From positions 1-18,884 of the forward strand of contig CALXXY010000010.1 in NCBI GenBank assembly GCA_944392815.1: a stretch of DNA of 18,884 nt. Direction: 5' to 3'. The notes below the pieces were generated by a model that saw nothing but the letters and a program-made list of their open reading frames with translations, ran no database searches and had not been told where the DNA came from. Positions 1 through 7,477 of the stretch are shown here, one piece after another. Within the stretch, counting starts at the first letter, position 1, and each line of letters begins with the position of its first letter. A program made the translations under genes and the position numbers. This stretch comes from an uncultured Alphaproteobacteria bacterium (GTDB lineage: Bacteria > Pseudomonadota > Alphaproteobacteria > Rs-D84).

Positions 1-1514
1 ACCGTCACAGGTTTAATTTTCCCATCGCGTGGGTCAACCATACCGCGCAAATCAGCAAAATGAAAATCAGAATGACTGGTACGATTGCGCACAGCCGCAT
101 TGCGGAAAATGGACAGACCCTCCATCACGGTGGAAATAATGGAACCGCGTTCTTTGTCGGGCGTGTTTGCCAATTGCGTCAATTCAGAAACACATCTGTG
201 GGAATATGAATATTGGCGCGCTTCGTCCACGGCGGCGATGAACAAATCATGCATTGGGTCGGCCAACGCCACCATTTGATCACCGGCGCGACGGCGTTCC
301 TCCATTTCCTGGGCCATAGATACCTGGCTGGTGGTAATCCAATCCAAAATCATGGACAGTGATGCTTCGTGTCCAATCCATGCGTCTGGAATTTTATCCC
401 ATGTACCAATGTGCACATAATTCATCGCGTTTAATTCGCCGCGTTGCAACATGGAATACGCCGCATACGCATTCGGGTCATTCATCATAGACAGGTAATA
501 ATCCCCCAGCACGGCGGCATCTTCGGCATCAAATGCGCCGGACGAAATTCGTGCATAAAAATAATCGTCGGCCTTGGCACGTTCCACTTTGGACACAATA
601 AATTGCACCAACCCAGACAACGCCGCGCGCCCAGATATTGTCCAGTGCGGATCCGCAGACGATGATTCTTTGTCCGGAATTAACACGTTGCACATGGAAT
701 CGATATACAAATCGCGCTGTTCGGGGTTAAACGGCACATGTTCCGGCGACAGCGGATTCCACGATGGATAATAAATCCCGCGTTCTGGGTCGTCCTGACC
801 CGCCCAGTTCATAATAAACACCGGCCCCACAGTCGAACGATATGCGGACGATGATTGGTACAATTCGGGCTTTGGGTCATTTATAATCATCGATACATTG
901 TTGCATTCGAATATTGTTGGCAACACGACGCCATATGTTTTACCAGTCCCCGGGGGCGCAACGCATAACGCAGACAAACATTCGTTCATCATTAATGGCT
1001 TTTTCTTGAAATACCCCAAAACCATCATGAAACCCTTTAACAGACCCATTTTTTCGATGTCTTCCTTGGACGCCTTGTTGGACGATTTGTCATCGAATTT
1101 ATCGTTGCCGTACGGGTTGAATTCCTTGATTAACGTGCTGTCAGCCATAAAGAAATACGCGATAATCGGCAACAATGGCACCATGCACATGATATCAGTC
1201 CGCAACAACGTGCGCATGAACCAGGCCGGAACCTCGGCCAATATGGACATGCCACCACTGGTTAACATATTTTGGAAATACAGCACAGTCCATTGCTGGG
1301 TTGCCGGTGACCACCCCGCGCGCCAAATGTGTTCAATCCAGAACGATAAACCAAACGCAGCCGCGCACACCAACCAAATACCCACCGCCCATCGCAGCGA
1401 CCAAAACAGCGACGCCATGGGGGTGCGCAAACTTTCTTTGTATGCGGTGGATTTAAAGATATTTAAACCTTTGCCTTTGCCACCTGCGGATAAAATCTTG
1501 AACTTTTCGACCAT
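1..1514 (-). CDS. virD4: VirD4/TraG-family type IV secretion coupling protein (3' end lies beyond the window's left edge)
   Basis: Manually translated stop-free minus-strand frame from ATG at 1514 to position 1 (504 full codons): MVEKFKILSAGG..., N-terminal hydrophobic segments, Walker A APPGTGKT followed by YGVVLPTI (936-959), SMIINDPKPEL, SWNPLS, DPHW, and RGSIISTVMEGLSIFRNAAVRNRTSHSDFHFADLR...PVTV. All are typical VirD4 motifs. It is not in the ORF track, presumably because no stop codon falls in the window. Confidence 0.9.
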   Translation of the reverse strand, partial: MVEKFKILSAGGKGKGLNIFKSTAYKESLRTPMASLFWSLRWAVGIWLVCAAAFGLSFWIEHIWRAGWSPATQQWTVLYFQNMLTSGGMSILAEVPAWFMRTLLRTDIMCMVPLLPIIAYFFMADSTLIKEFNPYGNDKFDDKSSNKASKEDIEKMGLLKGFMMVLGYFKKKPLMMNECLSALCVAPPGTGKTYGVVLPTIFECNNVSMIINDPKPELYQSSSAYRSTVGPVFIMNWAGQDDPERGIYYPSWNPLSPEHVPFNPEQRDLYIDSMCNVLIPDKESSSADPHWTISGRAALSGLVQFIVSKVERAKADDYFYARISSGAFDAEDAAVLGDYYLSMMNDPNAYAAYSMLQRGELNAMNYVHIGTWDKIPDAWIGHEASLSMILDWITTSQVSMAQEMEERRRAGDQMVALADPMHDLFIAAVDEARQYSYSHRCVSELTQLANTPDKERGSIISTVMEGLSIFRNAAVRNRTSHSDFHFADLRGMVDPRDGKIKPVT

Positions 1515-1523
1515 TGTGTTATG

Positions 1524-1552
1524 ATTATATCAGAAATTTACACGATTATAAA
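1524..1552. promoter_or_regulatory. Divergent promoter region virD4/rsmE; extended -10 (TGaTATAAT) on the minus strand
   Basis: 56-bp AT-rich gap. Minus-strand TATAAT at 1524-1529 (preceded by TGA) and again at 1545-1550; plus-strand TATAAA at 1547-1552 overlaps the second. Confidence 0.5.
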
Positions 1553-1570
1553 TCAGAATTAAAAAAGTTT

Positions 1571-2230
1571 ATGAAAAATATCCCGCGTGTATTTTTGGGC
1601 GACAGTATTGTGTCTGGTATATCAATGCCGGCACCACGTGATGTGGCGCATTATTTAACGCACGTTATGCGCCGGCACGATTTTTTGGCGTTTGGTGGCG
1701 GGGCTGAATATAACGCGTCTGTATCAGATGACGGCAAAACAATATTAATCGGTGACAAAACGCCCCATGCTGACCCGTCAAACGATATTACATTGCTGTT
1801 TTCACCGATTAAAAAAACAGATGATTTATTAAACATGGCAACCCAATTGGGTGTTGCTGCATTTCAGCCGGTAATAACGGGTCGCACCGTTGCGCAACAT
1901 ATAAATTGGGCGCGTATGGAAAAAATAGTGACGGAAAGTGCCGAACAGTCCAACCGCAACAGTGTGCCAAAAATTTTGCCAATAAAAAAATTTGATGAAA
2001 TTGATTTATCGCACATCGTCTTTGCCGATGAACGCGCCGCATATGGTGCAGAATTGCCAACCGCCGCCCGCGGTGCGAAATATATATTCATCGGGCCCGA
2101 GGGCGGATTCACCGACACCGAATTTGCCGCATTTGACGCGGCCGGTGCCACGGGCATTTCATTGGGCAAAACAATTTTGCGTGCGGAATTGGCCGCCGCA
2201 ATTGCAATCAGCCGGGTGAAAAATGACTGA
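1571..2230 (+). CDS. rsmE: 16S rRNA m3U1498 methyltransferase RsmE
   Basis: HYLTHVMR, ATQLGV, ESAEQSNR, IFIGPEGGF and SLGKTILRAELA motifs. Start moved from 1514 to the ATG at 1571 (MKNIPRVF) to avoid overlap with virD4. Confidence 0.93.
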   Translation: MKNIPRVFLGDSIVSGISMPAPRDVAHYLTHVMRRHDFLAFGGGAEYNASVSDDGKTILIGDKTPHADPSNDITLLFSPIKKTDDLLNMATQLGVAAFQPVITGRTVAQHINWARMEKIVTESAEQSNRNSVPKILPIKKFDEIDLSHIVFADERAAYGAELPTAARGAKYIFIGPEGGFTDTEFAAFDAAGATGISLGKTILRAELAAAIAISRVKND

Positions 2231-2921
2231 ACGTATTGCAAAATTCATAGCGGGCACTGGATTTGCGTCGCGCCGTGACGCGGAAAGGTTAATTGCCGCC
2301 GGCCGCGTGACGATTAATGGCGCGCGTGTGGATACCCCAGTCACGTTTGTAAATGAAAATGATGAAATCGCTGTAGACGGCGTGCCGCTGCATGCACACG
2401 AAAAAATAAAATTATACGCATTTCATAAACCAGTCGGCACAATGACAACGTCGCGCGACCCAGAACACAGAAAAACTGTTTATGATGTATTGGACGCGCA
2501 GTACAAAAATTTAAAATATGTTGGCCGGTTGGATTATAATACATCTGGATTGTTGCTGATGACGAATGACGGCGATTTGGCACGCAAATTGACTTTGCCA
2601 TCATCAAATATTTCACGCACATATATCGCGACTGTATCACGCACAGATGACAACGGATTAAATCGTGCGCGTCGTGGCGTGACGGTTCGCGGCATAAAAT
2701 ACAGACCTATGCAAATTGACGTGATTCAAAAAAATGTTTTGCGCGTCACCGTGACCGAGGGTAAAAAGAATGAAATCCGCATAGTCCTGCGGGCGTGTGG
2801 TTGTCCTGTGACGAAATTACACCGCATATCGTTCGGCCCAATCCAGTTGGGAAATTTATCTGTTGGAAAAATTCGTGAAATTAATCAGAAAACAATTGAC
2901 GCATTGTTAAAAACTCTCTAA
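2223..2921 (+). CDS. rluB: RsuA/RluB-family rRNA pseudouridine synthase with S4 domain
   Basis: ERIAKFIA..G.ASRRDAE S4 domain, HKPVG, VGRLDYNTSGLLLMTNDG (catalytic Asp), EGKKNEIR, LHRISFGPI. 8-nt overlap with rsmE. Confidence 0.85.
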   Translation: MTERIAKFIAGTGFASRRDAERLIAAGRVTINGARVDTPVTFVNENDEIAVDGVPLHAHEKIKLYAFHKPVGTMTTSRDPEHRKTVYDVLDAQYKNLKYVGRLDYNTSGLLLMTNDGDLARKLTLPSSNISRTYIATVSRTDDNGLNRARRGVTVRGIKYRPMQIDVIQKNVLRVTVTEGKKNEIRIVLRACGCPVTKLHRISFGPIQLGNLSVGKIREINQKTIDALLKTL

Positions 2922-2924
2922 TAT
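2896..2924 (+). promoter_or_regulatory. Putative sigma70 promoter for the TPR gene
   Basis: TTGACG-17 nt-TAATAT overlapping the end of rluB; GAGGGAG ribosome-binding site at 2937-2943. Confidence 0.55.
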
Positions 2925-2950
2925 TCAAATATCACCGAGGGAGATTTATC

Positions 2951-3937
2951 ATGAAAAAACAAACCGCCAAAAAGAATTCAACCACGTCCAAACGGGCCGC
3001 GCCCGCTGTGCGTGCAACAAAAAACGCATCTGCGAAATCATCGTACAGTCCGTGGTCAATATCTATTTATGTTTATTGGTTCATAATTTTGTTCTTTATC
3101 GCGGCAACGTTTTATATCCTGGGGCGCAGCCACAGCACATGTATTGATACCGCCACCAACAATGTCGAAATAACAGAAGAGGCATTATTACAACCCGTCG
3201 ATTATTACACAAATGCACGTGATAAATTGTTGGCGGGCAATACCACTGACGCAATCGCAGATTTAACAACGGCGATTGACGCGGGCAATGCCACGGCCGA
3301 CATGTACGTCCTGCGGGGCGAGGCATACATGCAAAACGCGGATTATCGCAACGCACTGATGGATTTCAATTCCGCCCTGGAAATAGACCAGGTTAATGCA
3401 GTCGCATATTATGACCGCGCACTGTTAAATATCAGATTAGAAGATTATAACACAGCATTGTCCGATATAAACAATGCGTTGGCGGCGCAAACGGCAAAAC
3501 CATCGGACGTGTTGCAAATGCGTGATTTGTATGCAAAACGCGGTCAATTAAACCTGTGGCTGAAAAATTGGCAGGGCGCGGTTGCGGACTATACAAATTC
3601 ACTTGCCCGACCCGAGGGTACAGTCGACCACTCCGCATACGCCAACCGGGCCGAGGCATACACCCAAATGGGTAATTACGCCGACGCAATAAATGATTAC
3701 GCCACGGCCATTCGGATTATTTCCGAACAGATTCAGGGTGCAACAACCGACTCCGCGCGTGAAAATTTATCCAGCAGTGCCATGACATATTTTGAAAAAT
3801 CAGCGGCGCTGAACCTGGCCAACGGCAACACGGTCGCCGCCCGCAGCGATTTGGATTCTGCGTACACAATTGCGGCCGCGTTAATGGACACCGCCAGCAT
3901 GGACAGAATTCAAAACATGATTAATGAATTAAGTTAA
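2951..3937 (+). CDS. Membrane-anchored tetratricopeptide-repeat protein
   Basis: Lys/Ala-rich N-terminus, one TM helix (ISIYVYWFIILFFIAATFYILG), then repeated TPR signatures (YVLRGEAYMQNADYRNALMDFNSAL, AYYDRALL, AYANRAEAYTQMGNYADAINDY). Confidence 0.85.
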   Translation: MKKQTAKKNSTTSKRAAPAVRATKNASAKSSYSPWSISIYVYWFIILFFIAATFYILGRSHSTCIDTATNNVEITEEALLQPVDYYTNARDKLLAGNTTDAIADLTTAIDAGNATADMYVLRGEAYMQNADYRNALMDFNSALEIDQVNAVAYYDRALLNIRLEDYNTALSDINNALAAQTAKPSDVLQMRDLYAKRGQLNLWLKNWQGAVADYTNSLARPEGTVDHSAYANRAEAYTQMGNYADAINDYATAIRIISEQIQGATTDSARENLSSSAMTYFEKSAALNLANGNTVAARSDLDSAYTIAAALMDTASMDRIQNMINELS

Positions 3938-3954
3938 GAATAAAAAACGATAAT

Positions 3955-3983
3955 AAAAAATCCCGCGATGCGGGATTTTTTTT
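3955..3983. terminator. Bidirectional intrinsic terminator between the convergent TPR gene and fabZ
   Basis: AAAAAA-TCCCGC-gat-GCGGGA-TTTTTTTT. Confidence 0.85.
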
Positions 3984-4434
3984 ATACCTGTTTATCCAAC
4001 GGATTGTGTGAATCCATAATGGCTGTGAATGTGGCCTCGGATACTTTTTTGCCACTGACCATAGCGATACCGTGGAACTTATACAAACGCATTTTGGACA
4101 TGATTAATTCAACATGCAATTCCAAAACGTCGCCTGGCTTTACAAAATGTGAAAATTTGATTTTTTCCATTGTTGTAAAATACCCCAGCGTTTTCCCATC
4201 GTTCACACCCATACGCGCCAACGCGATAAAACATGCAGTTTGGGCCAGGGCCTCGATAGTCAATACGCCGGGCATAATTGGATTACCCGGGAAATGCCCG
4301 GCACACCAAAATTCATCATCGCGAACGTATTTGATACCAACACCACTTGTTTCATTGTATTCGCGAATTTCATCAACCAATCGCATAGCCCCACGATGAG
4401 GTATGACTTTTTCAATACCTTTTGCGTCTATCAT
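3982..4434 (-). CDS. fabZ: 3-hydroxyacyl-ACP dehydratase FabZ
   Basis: IPHR..MRLVD and GHFPGNPIMPGVLTIEALAQ (catalytic His/Glu), VKPGD; lies after lpxD; GGAG RBS. Confidence 0.95.
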   Translation of the reverse strand: MIDAKGIEKVIPHRGAMRLVDEIREYNETSGVGIKYVRDDEFWCAGHFPGNPIMPGVLTIEALAQTACFIALARMGVNDGKTLGYFTTMEKIKFSHFVKPGDVLELHVELIMSKMRLYKFHGIAMVSGKKVSEATFTAIMDSHNPLDKQV

Positions 4435-4445
4435 TTATACTCTCC

Positions 4446-5489
4446 TTAATTTTTTGCATTTTTGCGCAACCAAGCGTAATGGCGCATAAATTCAGTCCCA
4501 GGCCCCGCCGGATATCCCATGTGGCGTGCACCGTCTGGCACATTTCTGAATACACCGCTGTGGGCGCCAACCTCGGCATCATTGCCGATATGAACGCCGT
4601 TTGCAATTCCAACCTGGCCCGCCAATAACGCGCGGTCGCCAATAACAGTCCCGCCGGCCAAACCAACGCCAGACGCCAAAAAGCATTCCGAACCCACCAC
4701 GACGCCGTGCGCAATTTGACACAAGTTATCTATTTTAGTCCCGTCGCCAATGCGTGTGTCTGTCATCGCGCCGCGATCAATGCATGTGTTTGCACCAACA
4801 GATACGCGATTGCCAATCACCACGCGCCCAACGTGCGGAATAAACACGTTGTGCCCGTTTTGCCGGGTGTATCCAAATCCGTCTTTGCCAATAACAGCGC
4901 CGGCATTTATCACACAGTCCGCGCCAATGGTTGCGTTTTCAATATGTGCGCCCGTTTGAATAATTGTATTTGCACCAATCGTCACATTGCGCCCAATAAA
5001 TGCACCCGGATAAATTTTCACGTTTTCTTCGATAACTGCACCACGTTCGATGGTTGCGTATTGTCCAACATACACGGTTGTGCGTCGCCGGAAAAACACA
5101 CCCCGTTCCACAGTCGCGCGCCGGCTGATACCGAAACGCGGTGGTTCGCGGTAAATTTCGCCCAGTATTTTTACAATGTTTCCGCGCGGGCTGTCCGTAA
5201 TCAACAGCGTTGCGCCACGTGGCGCATTTTGTGCCTGTTCCGGTTGCACCAATATCACAGACGCGCGCGTGTTTTTTAATACCGCGATTGGCAGAATTTT
5301 AAACGCAGAACTGTTTTGTTCAGTCGAATAAAATGCCAACTGACCCGGGCGTGCGTCCGCAATCGGGGCGACGCCGCGGATAACAGTATCCGCATTTCCA
5401 CGTAATTCCAGACCGAATTTTTCGGCCAACTGGCCGGCTGTTGTTTGTGTGGCCGCCGGCATGAACCAAGATTTAATTTTGTTTAACAT
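4446..5489 (-). CDS. lpxD: UDP-3-O-acyl-glucosamine N-acyltransferase LpxD
   Basis: Hexapeptide repeats, IGKDGFGY, IPHVGRVVIG, GANTCIDRG, GTKIDNLCQIAHGV (catalytic His), GYPA. Start set at ATG 5489 because the longer ORF start overlaps the upstream terminator. Confidence 0.93.
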   Translation of the reverse strand: MLNKIKSWFMPAATQTTAGQLAEKFGLELRGNADTVIRGVAPIADARPGQLAFYSTEQNSSAFKILPIAVLKNTRASVILVQPEQAQNAPRGATLLITDSPRGNIVKILGEIYREPPRFGISRRATVERGVFFRRRTTVYVGQYATIERGAVIEENVKIYPGAFIGRNVTIGANTIIQTGAHIENATIGADCVINAGAVIGKDGFGYTRQNGHNVFIPHVGRVVIGNRVSVGANTCIDRGAMTDTRIGDGTKIDNLCQIAHGVVVGSECFLASGVGLAGGTVIGDRALLAGQVGIANGVHIGNDAEVGAHSGVFRNVPDGARHMGYPAGPGTEFMRHYAWLRKNAKN

Positions 5490-5495
5490 ACCGGG

Positions 5496-5501
5496 ATTAT
5501 A
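5496..5501 (-). promoter_or_regulatory. -10 element (TATAAT) just upstream of lpxD, possibly a leaderless transcript
   Basis: Minus strand reads TATAAT-cccggt-ATG with no Shine-Dalgarno; it lies downstream of the skp terminator. Confidence 0.45.
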
Positions 5502-5527
5502 TCCGTTTTTTTTGAAATTAAAAGCAT

Positions 5528-5555
5528 AAAAAACACCGCCCAAATCGGGCGGTGT
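5528..5555 (-). terminator. Intrinsic terminator after skp
   Basis: 9-bp stem ACACCGCCC/GGGCGGTGT (5533-5541/5547-5555), 5-nt loop, followed by a T-run on the minus strand. Confidence 0.75.
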
Positions 5556-5570
5556 AATAATCGGGTCAGA

Positions 5571-6236
5571 TTAAAAACCCTGTGGTGTGTCCATTTTTAC
5601 TTTGGATACTTTTTTATCCAACGCAGAAATCACTTCGTTTGTGATATCCAAATTGGCTGCATTTTGACCCAAGCGTGTGAAACGACCGTCAATAACCATG
5701 GACAGATCTTTCTTAGCAATCACACCCTCGATAATTGGATCCAGATGTTTTTCCTGGACTTCGTTCAATGCTTTTTGGAACGACACTTCGATGCTTTGTG
5801 CGCGTTCTGTCAAATCGCGTTGCAATTCAGTCACGCGATTTTGATAATCAACGATACGACGTTGCAATGCGTCACGGGACAAAACGTCCTGGGATTCTTC
5901 GATTTCAGTTTTTTCTTCTTCTAATTCTTTTTGTCTGGATTCCAATTCATCGCGCAGTTTGTCCTCGTATTTGGCGCGCTGTGCGGATAAATCTTTTAAC
6001 ACAGCGGCCTGGGTTTGAATTGCGTCCATACGGATAACTGCGATGCGCAAATCGGCGGCATTCGCGGCGTCAGTTGTGACAACCTGCAGTGCTTCTTCTG
6101 CGGAAACAGTTTTTTCACCGCGCAACGCAGACAGCCCCCAAATGCCCAGTGCCGCAACCACGACAACAGCAACGGCAATAATGCCATATTTTACGTATTT
6201 TTTCCCAGCCGAACTGGATTGATTTTTGTTTGCCAT
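5571..6236 (-). CDS. skp: OmpH/Skp-family periplasmic chaperone
   Basis: IAVIRMDAI start strand, long charged coiled coil, LSMVID and LDITNEVISALD end motifs; upstream of lpxD-fabZ; AGGGG RBS before ATG 6236. The N-terminal hydrophobic segment is long. Confidence 0.85.
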   Translation of the reverse strand: MANKNQSSSAGKKYVKYGIIAVAVVVVAALGIWGLSALRGEKTVSAEEALQVVTTDAANAADLRIAVIRMDAIQTQAAVLKDLSAQRAKYEDKLRDELESRQKELEEEKTEIEESQDVLSRDALQRRIVDYQNRVTELQRDLTERAQSIEVSFQKALNEVQEKHLDPIIEGVIAKKDLSMVIDGRFTRLGQNAANLDITNEVISALDKKVSKVKMDTPQGF

Positions 6237-6267
6237 AATTTCCCCTTTTTTTATTTTATACACGGGC

Positions 6268-6276
6268 AGTATAACA
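6268..6276 (-). promoter_or_regulatory. Extended -10 promoter element for skp
   Basis: TGtTATACT on the minus strand in the AT-rich gap upstream of skp. Confidence 0.45.
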
Positions 6277-6314
6277 ATAAATTTTTAAAAATAAAAGTGA
6301 AAGTTATTCCGATT

Positions 6315-6989
6315 TTATCGCGCAGGCACCAAACGAATTTCCACGCGCCTGTTGGTCAGTCGCCCTATGTCGTCCTGGGCGGCGATGGGGCGTGTGGCCC
6401 CGCGTCCAACAATGAACATGCGTGCGGTGTTAATGCCGTGCTGGGACAAATACACGCCGACCCTTTGTGCCATGTCCAATGATAATGCGTCGGCCGCCGC
6501 CGCAGACATTGCGTCTGTATATCCAGCGATTTCCAAAAATGTTGCGTCATATTTTTTCAAAATTTTGGAAATAGTTTTCAACGTATCTGCACCATCTGCG
6601 GAAATATCGGCAACGTTTAATTCCATAATTGCGTCACGCACCAAAATCACAACAACATCAGTGCCTGCGCGCTGGACAGAAATTCCGGGCTTGCGCAATG
6701 CGTCATATAATTCATATTCCAAATTCGCCATGTAATTGACACTGGTGGCGGTATCGTTTTGAACCTTGTCCCCGTATTGGGCCGCCGCCGGCGTATCCAC
6801 AGATGATATTAATTTCCCACCTGCACCCAAAAATACAGGCCGCTTTGCAATACGCGCTGTTTCCGTCATATCAGTAAAACTGGCGCCGCGCAGATAGTGT
6901 GACCATGTGTTTCGTGCAGGGCTGTGATACCGTATGCACCCGGTCAATAATATTACAGTTGATAAAATCGCGATATTATACGATTTCAT
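6315..6989 (-). CDS. OmpA-C-like domain lipoprotein (YiaD/Pal-like), degenerate peptidoglycan motif
   Basis: Lipobox LTGC at residue 18; LEIAGYTD, VGRGATRPIA and NRRVEI motifs; GGGG RBS. Confidence 0.85.
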   Translation of the reverse strand: MKSYNIAILSTVILLTGCIRYHSPARNTWSHYLRGASFTDMTETARIAKRPVFLGAGGKLISSVDTPAAAQYGDKVQNDTATSVNYMANLEYELYDALRKPGISVQRAGTDVVVILVRDAIMELNVADISADGADTLKTISKILKKYDATFLEIAGYTDAMSAAAADALSLDMAQRVGVYLSQHGINTARMFIVGRGATRPIAAQDDIGRLTNRRVEIRLVPAR

Positions 6990-6998
6990 ACGTCCCCA

Positions 6999-7460
6999 TT
7001 ATTCTATGACAAAAGATATATTGTTTGTGTTCGTTGAAAAACAATTCGGGTCATTCGATGTTAATTCAACATTATTCACAATCATGCGCGTGGCCCATTG
7101 TGGTGGTGTGGCGGTAAAATATTGACATTCGCCCTGGGTTAAATTCACCAGATTAATCGCGAACGCGGCCCCATCATCAACAGCGGCCACCGACCAATCG
7201 TCGCCGCCAATTGGTGCGTTTGCATTTGCCAACGCCCCCGCATCAACCAAATATTGCACAGACAACCCAGTATAATCACCGCGCATATCCATCAATAATT
7301 TAGTGTTGCGTACAATTTGTTCCATTTCAGTTGACGCAATTTTGCGCATTTGATTATTACGAATAACATTGTACATGCTGATGGCGGCGGCACTCATAAT
7401 CCCAGCAATGGCCAACACGCCGATAATTTCAATCATCGAAGCCCCGCGTTCATGAATCAT
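6999..7460 (-). CDS. Type IV pilin, PilS/type IVb major-pilin-like
   Basis: Class III signal MIHERG|ASMIEIIGVLAIAGIMSAAAISMY (Gly-1, Glu+5). The DYTGLS...APIGG...FAINL...C...IVNN...C...NISF pattern with two C-terminal Cys resembles PilS-type pilins. 153 aa. Confidence 0.8.
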   Translation of the reverse strand: MIHERGASMIEIIGVLAIAGIMSAAAISMYNVIRNNQMRKIASTEMEQIVRNTKLLMDMRGDYTGLSVQYLVDAGALANANAPIGGDDWSVAAVDDGAAFAINLVNLTQGECQYFTATPPQWATRMIVNNVELTSNDPNCFSTNTNNISFVIE

Positions 7461-7477
7461 ATCATTCCCCCATATTT

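Noticed and set aside
898-1524. 208-aa plus-strand ORF (and the small plus-strand ORFs at 85-771)
   Set aside because: Antisense shadows of the virD4 frame, which carries the recognisable motifs.
2951-3937. TPR protein as a pilotin (PilF/PilW/TadD) of the pilus system
   Set aside because: It has a TM anchor rather than a lipobox, is not adjacent to pilin genes, and TPRs are too generic to assign.
4707-5279. 190-aa plus-strand ORF and similar antisense ORFs over fabZ, skp, dnaX, the pilins, rluD and the Cys-rich gene
   Set aside because: They overlap well-supported genes on the opposite strand or in another frame and show no motifs.
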